Positions 36,296 through 47,175 of a DNA stretch of 64,000 bases are shown piece by piece. This DNA is from Phaeosaccion multiseriatum (taxonomy: Eukaryota; Protista; Ochrophyta, other classes). Under the pieces are notes generated by a model. That model did not search any database. It worked only from the letters and a program-made list of their open reading frames with translations, and was not told the DNA's origin. Position numbers and translations under genes: made by a program. The stretch's first letter is position 1. Every line of letters begins with the position of its first letter. The DNA is taken from assembly GCA_965112735.1 (NCBI GenBank), contig OZ218961.1:1612001-1676000 (forward strand), read 5' to 3'.

Positions 36296-36818
36296 CGGCG
36301 AGAGAAGAAAGAAAAAACCTTTTGCCCGGTGAGAGCTCCATACTACACCAGGCTAAGGGTCTCTAACTTCTACTAGATGCGTGTGCGTAGCGCAAGCCCT
36401 TGCAACTGTTAGCATTGGGGGCACATCTTGTGTTTGCAACTGTTAGCATGACACAAGTAAGCACACAGCATCTTCACCCTCACAAGAGAAGCAGTCGGGC
36501 CCTACTGCGATCCTTGCTTTCCTACACCACCGTCTCTACTCTCCTCCCTGCTTGCCCACACCCCCGCGTACCTGCTCTCGATCTCCTTCAATCACGGTAG
36601 GGTGGCGAGTGCAGCAGGGCTCCTCCTCTTCTGAGCTCGAGCAGCAGAGAACACTGCTTTTCCATCTGCTGCCATATATATTTCTATCCTAAACCCCCCT
36701 CGGGGTCCACACACGCGCCCACGCTCCACACCCTACCCCTCGGCTCTCAATACCCTGTTTCTCCGTCGACTCCACTCTGCGAGAACAGAACTTCCGTGGC
36801 TCCGCTGCTGAAGCAGCG

Positions 36819-39059
36819 ATGTTGTGACCAGCAAACGGGTCGTTCGGGCTGTGTGTGCCCCCCAAATGCGGGCTTTGGGCGTCTTTGCCGACAGATTGGG
36901 CCATTTGAGCCTATCTGAGATCCCACTTGGCGCTGTTGTGGCAATGTCGTATCTGTGTTGGACCTATGGTGCTGAGCCAATGCCTGGACTGGGCATGTTG
37001 TGACCAGCAAACGCGTCGTTCGGGCTGTGTGTGCCTACCAAATATGCCAAATGCCGGCTTTGGGCGTCTTTGCCGACAGATTGGGCCATTTGAGCCTATC
37101 TGAGATCCCACTTGGCGCTGTTGTGGCAATGTCGTATCTGTGTTGGGCCTATGGTGCTGAGCCAATGCCTGGACTGGGCATGTTGTGACCAGCAAACGCG
37201 TCGTTCGGGCTGTGTGTGCCTACCAAATATGCCAAATGCCGGCTTTGGGCGTCTTTGCCGACAGATTGGGCCATTTGAGCCTATCTGAGATCCCACTTGG
37301 CGCTGTTGTGGCAATGTCGTATCTGTGTTGGGCCTATGGTGCTGAGCCAATGCCTGGACTGTGCATGTTGTGACCAGCAAACGCGTCGTTCGGGCTGTGT
37401 GTGCCTACCAAATATGCCAAATGCCGGCTTTGGGCGTCTTTGCCGACAGATTGGGCCATTTGAGCCTATCTGAGATCCCACTTGGCGCTGTTGTGGCAAT
37501 GTCGTATCTGTGTTGGGCCTATGGTGCTGAGCCAATGCCTGGACTGTGCATGTTGTGACCAGCAAACGCGTCGTTCGGGCTGTGTGTGCCTACCAAATAT
37601 GCCAAATGCCGGCTTTGGGCGTCTTTGCCGACAGATTGGGCCATTTGAGCCTATCTGAGATCCCACTTGGCGCTGTTGTGGCAATGTCGTATCTGTGTTG
37701 GGCCTATGGTGCTGAGCCAATGCCTGGACTGGGCATGTTGTGACCAGCAAACGCGTCGTTCGGGCTGTGTGTGCCTACCAAATATGCCAAATGCCGGCTT
37801 TGGGCGTCTTTGCCGACAGATTGGGCCATTTGAGCCTATCTGAGATCCCACTTGGCGCTGTTGTGGCAATGTCGTATCTGTGTTGGGCCTATGGTGCTGA
37901 GCCAATGCCTGGACTGGGCATGTTGTGACCAGCAAACGCGTCGTTCGGGCTGTGTGTGCCTACCAAATATGCCAAATGCCGGCTTTGGGCGTCTTTGCCG
38001 ACAGATGGGCCATTTGAGCCTATCTGAGATCCCACTTGGCGCTGTTGTGGCAATGTCGTATCTGTGTTGGGCCTATGGTGCTGAGCCAATGCCTGGACTG
38101 TGCATGTTGTGACCAGCAAACGCGTCGTTCGGGCTGTGTGTGCCCCCCAAATGCGGGCTTTGGGCGTCTTTGCCGACAGATTGGGCCATTTGAGCCTATC
38201 TGAGATCCCACTTGGCGCTGTTGTGGCAATGTCGTATCTGTGTTGGGCCTATGGTGCTGAGCCAATGCCTGGACTGGGCATGTTGTGACCAGCAAACGGG
38301 TCGTTCGGGCTGTGTGTGCCCCCCAAATGCGGGCTTTGGGCGTCTTTGCCGACAGATTGGGCCATTTGAGCCTATCTGAGATCCCACTTGGCGCTGTTGT
38401 GGCAATGTCGTATCTGTGTTGGACCTATGGTGCTGAGCCAATGCCTGGACTGGGCATGTTGTGACCAGCAAACGCGTCGTTCGGGCTGTGTGTGCCTCCC
38501 AAATATGCCAAATGCCGGCTTTGGGCGTCTTTGCCGACAGATTGGGCCATTTGAGCCTATCTGAGATCCCACTTGGCGCTGTTGTGGCAATGTCGTATCT
38601 GTGTTGGGCCTATGGTGCTGAGCCAATGCCTGGACTGTGCATGTTGTGACCAGCAAACGCGTCGTTCGGGCTGTGTGTGCCTACCAAATATGCCAAATGC
38701 CGGCTTTGGGCGTCTTTGCCGACAGATTGGGCCATTTGAGCCTATCTGAGATCCCACTTGGCGCTGTTGTGGCAATGTCGTATCTGTGTTGGGCCTATGG
38801 TGCTGAGCCAATGCCTGGACTGGGCATGTTGTGACCAGCAAACGCGTCGTTCGGGCTGTGTGTGCCCCCCAAATGCCGGCTTTGGGCGTCTTTGCCGACA
38901 GATTGGGCCATTTGAGCCTATCTGAGATCCCACTTGGCGCTGTTGTGGCAATGTCGTATCTGTGTTGGGCCTATGGTGCTGAGCCAATGCCTGGACTGGG
39001 CATGTTGTGACCAGCAAACGCGTCGTTCGGGCTGTGTGTGCCTACCAAATATGCCAAAT
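36819..39059 (+). repeat. 185/176-bp satellite, block 4 (~12 monomers)
   Basis: Resumes in exact phase after the YR element. Confidence 0.99.
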
Positions 39060-42000
39060 AGCCTGTTCAGCAGCGCAGCAACGGAACTTTGTTTCTCGCG
39101 GAACAGAGACGAGGAAGAGGTGGGAGACATGGGAGCCAGCAGGGCGAAGCGTCAGCGTAGGTGCTTGGTACCGCCCCAAGGGGGGGGGTCCCCTCTGGGG
39201 AGATGTACAGTATGTCAGTGAAGCAGGGAATTTAGATTTTTCAGAAGAGGAGAGACCTTGGCGTGTGCTGTCACTTACTGAGGCGGCGGAGACAGAGCCC
39301 AGGAAGAGTGGAGCACACTGTCAAGGAGGAGAGTAGATACTGGTGTGGTGGAAAGCGAGCCTCTTGTCCTGGGCCCGGACAGAGCGCTTGTGTCGGCCAA
39401 GGGGACCCGCCTGGTGTTGAGTGCCGGGGTCCTCGTGGGCGAGGGAAGGAGAGATAGGGAGACTGTGTCTGGTGTTGAGTGCCGACAGTGTCCACGGTGT
39501 TGAGTGCCGGAACTCTTCTTTTCTTTCCCTTTGCCGGTGTTGTGGGGCTCTACGGCTTAGGAACGGTGTCTGGTGTTGAGTGCCGACCGCCTCCCCGGTG
39601 TTGAGTGCCGGCGCCTTTTGCCCTCTTCGCCCTTTCTTCCTTGCTGGTATCGCCGTAGGATCCGCGTCCGGTGTTGAGGCCGACGCCCTACTCATCTCTC
39701 CGCCCTCTCCTCTCTCCCGTGGCCCAAGGTTTGGGGGGTGTGGTCCACGGCATTTTTTGTCTTTTTACGAGACGAAAGGGGCTCCCGGGTGACGGCAGGC
39801 CCCTTAGCTCTTCCAGGTGTTTGTCTGTATGTTTGTGTGTGTATGTCCAGACGGTGTTTCTGTGTGTAGGGTGCGTATTTCCTGTGTTTGGCGTGCGAAT
39901 ATGCGCCTCCTCCGCAAAGGAGGCTGGCTCTGCGCGCGGTGACAACAGCGGCTCATCCCTCGCCATTCCGGCCCTCAACGGCGGGCGGGGCAGTCCTAGG
40001 CAACAGCAGCCGTGGTCACTGCCCCTACACACGATGTGTGTTTGTATCTGTGTGTGCTGGTCTGCGTCTGTGTGTGCTAGTGTGCGTTTGTGGGTGCTGG
40101 TGTCCCTGTATTGTGCCTTTGTCTATATCTGTGTGCCTGTGAATGTTTGTGTACGTCTGCGTGTTTAAGTGTACCTCCCTTGTTGTTGGAGTGTCTCCCA
40201 CCTACAACAGCAGTATGGCCAGAAGGAGGCGTACGTGGTCGCCACTGAGCTTGCCGGCAGTCTCTCTGGATGGGTGGGGGCGTAGCTGACCTTCGATACG
40301 GGAGCTCGCACGGCTCACCTCCGGCAGCTACATCCGAGAGACATATCGGGCCGAGGAGCGGCGAAGGGAAGGAGACGGACTACAGCTGTACCTCCCTCAC
40401 CATCTCGAACGCATGGGAGGGGGAGGGGGGGGGTCCGATGGAGGCTCAGCTCTCAGGACAAACAGCAACCGCAAAGCAAATAGTACGAGCGTCAAAGGTG
40501 GCAGCATGGATGCGAAGGCAGCTATTCGGGCTGTTGGAAGGAACCGGAGAGCCCTTTGATCGTGGTTGGCGCCTCGAGTTTGCGTGTGGAGCGGATATGG
40601 GACCTGTGGCCATAACAGCGAACCGATGGGCGACAAGAGAGGCACAGCATACGAGGGAGAATTGAGAATTGGAAGGCGGCATTGGGAGTGTACGGTACTC
40701 GCATTTCGGGAGGTACGGCAGCGTTTGGTGACCGTCTACGGAGTGTACGGCGATGTACGTCGTCCGGTGCTGAAGGAAATTGGGGCATTGAGCAGTGTGG
40801 CTACTTATCTGTAATGGACGGCGGAAGCATAATGTTTGGTCGTTCACAACAGCTATGGAGTGGAAGTCGGGGCCTGCCTGTGATGCAGAAGAGAAGGTGA
40901 TGGTTTTTTCGGCGTTGGGGCTCGTGAGCGGTGTGAACATGGAGGATGGGAGAGAACAGGGCTTGTGGCTCGCTCTGCTTGCACGACTTACTTCCGGTAG
41001 TATGGATGGACTACCCTCTTGCTATCGTGCTCGGTGGTCGAGGGATTGGTGCCGCCGCGCTTGAGATATTGGACTTGTTCATTTTTCGGGCCCGCAGCAC
41101 CGAGGTGTTTGGCATTCGCTGTATTGCTCAGCTGGTACAGCGGAAGTCCACGGCGGACGGTTGGAATCGCAGCAGAGTGGTCTTGGTACGGCGTGTGCAG
41201 AAGGGTAACTTCTACGAGTTGATGTTCGAAGAGCTTGGAGCGGAAAACATGAGCGCTTCTGTGAGGGCATTTTCGGCTTTTCTACAGGGGTTGGATATAT
41301 GGACACTTTTGGATCTGTGATTCCGAAAAGAATCCGAATTTGCTGGTTTGGGCGCGCTTTGCTGCTTCCACCCGCCGTGCCAGAGGACTGCGCAGTGTAT
41401 TTCGCTCAGTGGCTCGCCCCCCCCCCAGCACACTATCCCAAGCGAGTGGGGGGTGTGTGATGGTCAGCAGGGGGCGTGCGAAGGGACCTCTTCAAAGGAC
41501 ACTGACTCTGCCCGTGGCGACACCAGCGGCTCCTCCCTCGCCATCATTCCTCCCCCAGCAGCGGGGAGCGCAGCCCTTGGCAACAGCACCAGCAGCCCTA
41601 CACCGGTACACGCGGCGGGTGTTTGTATGTGTGTGTGTACTGGTGTGCGTCTGTGTCTACTGTTGCCCCTGTATGTGTATTATTATGTCTGTGTGCGTAT
41701 GAATGTTTGTGTATCTTTGTGTTTTGTGTACCGGCCGACTACGATCGGGAGAGTGGGCTCCCGACTAGGCTGGGGCAGGTGCTGCTGCACCCTCGCAGCG
41801 CACCGGTGGGTACTCGGATGGGTGGGGGTGAAGCGGGACTTGGGGTGCTCACTGCGGTGGCACCCCAAGCTCCACTACATCCGAAACCCGGTGCCCGCCT
41901 CCCTCCATGGAGGCGGCCCCCTTGGAGGCGCTCTGCGCTCCCAAGGTGGGAGTCCCTCACGGGACTGCCCCCCCCTACTAATGATGAGTCCTTCCCCCAA

Positions 42001-45000
42001 CGTTAGCTACCCCTGGTCCACGACCTCTCCACCTGCGGAGCAGGTGGCCACTTGGGAGTCCAGCCCTATTCCTGTTGGCCTCGAACAGCCGGCTACGGCG
42101 TGGATGTGGATAGTCCTCAGCTTGCATACTGCGACGCCTTGGAGCGGGAGTCGGACATCTCCCGGGCCCTCGCCTACGACTGAAGGGAGGAGGCCTCTCA
42201 CTGGCTTCCCACCTTCGCCCGAGCGCCGCGACGGCGCGAAAGCCTGTTCAGCAGCGCAGCAACGGAACTTTGTTTCTCGCGGAACAGAGACGAGGAAGAG
42301 GTGGGAGACATGGGAGCCAGCAGGGCGAAGCGTCAGCGTAGGTGCTTGGTACCGCCCCAAGGGGGGGGGTCCCCTCTGGGGAGATGTACAGTATGTCAGT
42401 GAAGCAGGGAATTTAGATTTTTCAGAAGAGGAGAGACCTTGGCGTGTGCTGTCACTTACTGAGGCGGCGGAGACAGAGCCCAGGAAGAGTGGAGCACACT
42501 GTCAAGGAGGAGAGTAGATACTGGTGTGGTGGAAAGCGAGCCTCTTGTCCTGGGCCCGGACAGAGCGCTTGTGTCGGCCAAGGGGACCCGCCTGGTGTTG
42601 AGTGCCGGGGTCCTCGTGGGCGAGGGAAGGAGAGATAGGGAGACTGTGTCTGGTGTTGAGTGCCGACAGTGTCCACGGTGTTGAGTGCCGGAACTCTTCT
42701 TTTCTTTCCCTTTGCCGGTGTTGTGGGGCTCTACGGCTTAGGAACGGTGTCTGGTGTTGAGTGCCGACCGCCTCCCCGGTGTTGAGTGCCGGCGCCTTTT
42801 GCCCTCTTCGCCCTTTCTTCCTTGCTGGTATCGCCGTAGGATCCGCGTCCGGTGTTGAGGCCGACGCCCTACTCATCTCTCCGCCCTCTCCTCTCTCCCG
42901 TGGCCCAAGGTTTGGGGGGTGTGGTCCACGGCATTTTTTGTCTTTTTACGAGACGAAAGGGGCTCCCGGGTGACGGCAGGCCCCTTAGCTCTTCCAGGTG
43001 TTTGTCTGTATGTTTGTGTGTGTATGTCCAGACGGTGTTTCTGTGTGTAGGGTGCGTATTTCCTGTGTTTGGCGTGCGAATATGCGCCTCCTCCGCAAAG
43101 GAGGCTGGCTCTGCGCGCGGTGACAACAGCGGCTCATCCCTCGCCATTCCGGCCCTCAACGGCGGGCGGGGCAGTCCTAGGCAACAGCAGCCGTGGTCAC
43201 TGCCCCTACACACGATGTGTGTTTGTATCTGTGTGTGCTGGTCTGCGTCTGTGTGTGCTAGTGTGCGTTTGTGGGTGCTGGTGTCCCTGTATTGTGCCTT
43301 TGTCTATATCTGTGTGCCTGTGAATGTTTGTGTACGTCTGCGTGTTTAAGTGTACCTCCCTTGTTGTTGGAGTGTCTCCCACCTACAACAGCAGTATGGC
43401 CAGAAGGAGGCGTACGTGGTCGCCACTGAGCTTGCCGGCAGTCTCTCTGGATGGGTGGGGGCGTAGCTGACCTTCGATACGGGAGCTCGCACGGCTCACC
43501 TCCGGCAGCTACATCCGAGAGACATATCGGGCCGAGGAGCGGCGAAGGGAAGGAGACGGACTACAGCTGTACCTCCCTCACCATCTCGAACGCATGGGAG
43601 GGGGAGGGGGGGGGTCCGATGGAGGCTCAGCTCTCAGGACAAACAGCAACCGCAAAGCAAATAGTACGAGCGTCAAAGGTGGCAGCATGGATGCGAAGGC
43701 AGCTATTCGGGCTGTTGGAAGGAACCGGAGAGCCCTTTGATCGTGGTTGGCGCCTCGAGTTTGCGTGTGGAGCGGATATGGGACCTGTGGCCATAACAGC
43801 GAACCGATGGGCGACAAGAGAGGCACAGCATACGAGGGAGAATTGAGAATTGGAAGGCGGCATTGGGAGTGTACGGTACTCGCATTTCGGGAGGTACGGC
43901 AGAGTTTGGTGACCGTCTACGGAGTGTACGGCGATGTACGTCGTCCGGTGCTGAAGGAAATTGGGGCATTGAGCAGTGTGGCTACTTATCTGTAATGGAC
44001 GGCGGAAGCATAATGTTTGGTCGTTCACAACAGCTATGGAGTGGAAGTCGGGGCCTGCCTGTGATGCAGAAGAGAAGGTGATGGTTTTTTCGGCGTTGGG
44101 GCTCGTGAGCGGTGTGAACATGGAGGATGGGAGAGAACAGGGCTTGTGGCTCGCTCTGCTTGCACGACTTACTTCCGGTAGTATGGATGGACTACCCTCT
44201 TGCTATCGTGCTCGGTGGTCGAGGGATTGGTGCCGCCGCGCTTGAGATATTGGACTTGTTCATTTTTCGGGCCCGCAGCACCGAGGTGTTTGGCATTCGC
44301 TGTATTGCTCAGCTGGTACAGCGGAAGTCCACGGCGGACGGTTGGAATCGCAGCAGAGTGGTCTTGGTACGGCGTGTGCAGAAGGGTAACTTCTACGAGT
44401 TGATGTTCGAAGAGCTTGGAGCGGAAAACATGAGCGCTTCTGTGAGGGCATTTTCGGCTTTTCTACAGGGGTTGGATATATGGACACTTTTGGATCTGTG
44501 ATTCCGAAAAGAATCCGAATTTGCTGGTTTGGGCGCGCTTTGCTGCTTCCACCCGCCGTGCCAGAGGACTGCGCAGTGTATTTCGCTCAGTGGCTCGCCC
44601 CCCCCCCCAGCACACTATCCCAAGCGAGTGGGGGGTGTGTGATGGTCAGCAGGGGGCGTGCGAAGGGACCTCTTCAAAGGACACTGACTCTGCCCGTGGC
44701 GACACCAGCGGCTCCTCCCTCGCCATCATTCCTCCCCCAGCAGCGGGGAGCGCAGCCCTTGGCAACAGCACCAGCAGCCCTACACCGGTACACGCGGCGG
44801 GTGTTTGTATGTGTGTGTGTACTGGTGTGCGTCTGTGTCTACTGTTGCCCCTGTATGTGTATTATTATGTCTGTGTGCGTATGAATGTTTGTGTATCTTT
44901 GTGTTTTGTGTACCGGCCGACTACGATCGGGAGAGTGGGCTCCCGACTAGGCTGGGGCAGGTGCTGCTGCACCCTCGCAGCGCACCGGTGGGTACTCGGA

Positions 45001-46357
45001 TGGGTGGGGGTGAAGCGGGACTTGGGGTGCTCACTGCGGTGGCACCCCAAGCTCCACTACATCCGAAACCCGGTGCCCGCCTCCCTCCATGGAGGCGGCC
45101 CCCTTGGAGGCGCTCTGCGCTCCCAAGGTGGGAGTCCCTCACGGGACTGCCCCCCCCTACTAATGATGAGTCCTTCCCCCAACGTTAGCTACCCCTGGTC
45201 CACGACCTCTCCACCTGCGGAGCAGGTGGCCACTTGGGAGTCCAGCCCTATTCCTGTTGGCCTCGAACAGCCGGCTACGGCGTGGATGTGGATAGTCCTC
45301 AGCTTGCATACTGCGACGCCTTGGAGCGGGAGTCGGACATCTCCCGGGCCCTCGCCTACGACTGAAGGGAGGAGGCCTCTCACTGGCTTCCCACCTTCGC
45401 CCGAGCGCCGCGACGGCGCGAAAGCCTGTTCAGCAGCGCAGCAACGGAACTTTGTTTCTCGCGGAACAGAGACGAGGAAGAGGTGGGAGACATGGGAGCC
45501 AGCAGGGCGAAGCGTCAGCGTAGGTGCTTGGTACCGCCCCAAGGGGGGGGTCCCCTCTGGGGAGATGTACAGTATGTCAGTGAAGCAGGGAATTTAGATT
45601 TTTCAGAAGAGGAGAGACCTTGGCGTGTGCTGTCACTTACTGAGGCGGCGGAGACAGAGCCCAGGAAGAGTGGAGCACACTGTCAAGGAGGAGAGTAGAT
45701 ACTGGTGTGGTGGAAAGCGAGCCTCTTGTCCTGGGCCCGGACAGAGCGCTTGTGTCGGCCAAGGGGACCCGCCTGGTGTTGAGTGCCGGGGTCCTCGTGG
45801 GCGAGGGAAGGAGAGATAGGGAGACTGTGTCTGGTGTTGAGTGCCGACAGTGTCCACGGTGTTGAGTGCCGGAACTCTTCTTTTCTTTCCCACCCACCCA
45901 CCCTCAGTCTTAGTTTTAGTTTTAGATACTCATACATTATGGGGGTGAAGCGGGACTTGGGGTGCTCACTGCGGTGGCACCCCAAGCTCCACTACATCCG
46001 AAACCCGGTGCCCGCCTCCCTCCATGGAGGCGGCCCCCTTGGAGGCGCTCTGCGCTCCCAAGGTGGGAGTCCCTCACGGGACTGCCCCCCCCTACTAATG
46101 ATGAGTCCTTCCCCCAACGTTAGCTACCCCTGGTCCACGACCTCTCCACCTGCGGAGCAGGTGGCCACTTGGGAGTCCAGCCCTATTCCTCTTGGCCTCG
46201 AACAGCCGGCTACGGCGTGGATGTGGATAGTCCTCAGCTTGCATACTGCGACGCCTTGGAGCGGGAGTCGGACATCTCCCGGGCCCTCGCCTACGACTGA
46301 AGGGAGGAGGCCTCTCACTGGCTTCCCACCTTCGCCCGAGCGCCGCGACGGCGCGAA
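39060..46357 (+). mobile_element. Non-autonomous split-direct-repeat element present as an internal tandem dimer: A-I-B-A-I-B-A-spacer-B
   Basis: A: 39060-39529, from 42241, and 45423-45891. B: 41823-42240, 45005-45422, 45940-46357. Unit 3181/3182 bp, near identical. Inserted at CCAAAT|GCCGGC with no TSD. A-start and spacer resemble the autonomous element. Confidence 0.88.
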
Positions 46358-46941
46358 GCCGGCTTTGGGCGTCTTTGCCGACAGATTGGGCCATTTGAGC
46401 CTATCTGAGATCCCACTTGGCGCTGTTGTGGCAATGTCGTATCTGTGTTGGGCCTATGGTGCTGAGCCAATGCCTGGACTGGGCATGTAGTGACCAGCAA
46501 ACGCGTCGTTCGGGCTGTGTGTGCCTACCAAATATGCCAAATGCCGGCTTTGGGCGTCTTTGCCGACAGATGGGCCATTTGAGCCTATCTGAGATCCCAC
46601 TTGGCGCTGTTGTGGCAATGTCGTATCTGTGTTGGGCCTATGGTGCTGAGCCAATGCCTGGACTGGGCATGTTGTGACCAGCAAACGCGTCGTTCGGGCT
46701 GTGTGTGCCCCCCAAATGCGGGCTTTGGGCGTCTTTGCCGACAGATTGGGCCATTTGAGCCTATCTGAGATCCCACTTGGCGCTGTTGTGGCAATGTCGT
46801 ATCTGTGTTGGGCCTATGGTGCTGAGCCAATGCCTGGACTGGGCATGTTGTGACCAACAAACGGGTCGTTCGGGCTGTGTGTGCCCCCCAAATGCGGGCT
46901 TTGGGCGTCTTTGCCGACAGATTGGGCCATTTGAGCCTATC
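46358..46941 (+). repeat. 185/176-bp satellite, block 5 (~3 monomers)
   Basis: Resumes in exact phase. Confidence 0.99.
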
Positions 46942-47137
46942 TGTCGAAACTACCGACAGCTAGCCTCAAAGCCAAGCTAGAGCAGAGCAGAAGCTGAAGC
47001 AAGCACCCGGAAGCCAGCCCACACGCAGGCTGCGCTTCCTTTCTTTTATTACTGATTTACCGTCTAGTTGGCCCGTTTTCCGGCCGTTACACTACTGATT
47101 GGGTCCCCAAGGGACCCCAACTAGGCCACTTCTAACA
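46942..47137 (-). repeat. gypsy 3' LTR (~196 bp)
   Basis: Minus strand reads TGTTAGAAG...TTTCGACA, preceded by PPT GTGAGGGGGA (47138-47147). No second copy confirms the boundaries. Confidence 0.8.
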
Positions 47138-47175
47138 TCCCCCTCACTACACCCCCGCCTCTTCCGCCAGCTCCC

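Larger units (their letters stand above)
29932..36818 (-). mobile_element. Tyrosine-recombinase retrotransposon (DIRS order; Ngaro/PAT/TOC-like split direct repeats), apparently full length
   Basis: Element sense: A1 (36818-36306), gag, RT/RH, YR, B1 (30947-30727), A2 (30726-30214), 61-bp spacer, B2 (30152-29932). A = 513 bp, B = 221 bp, with one mismatch seen in B. Inserted at GGGC|ATGTTG with no TSD. No methyltransferase ORF seen. Confidence 0.95.

Noticed and set aside
41348-42517. 389-aa ORF in the dimeric element
   Set aside because: It crosses GT-rich sequence and the B-A junction, is frameshifted in the second unit, and has no motifs.
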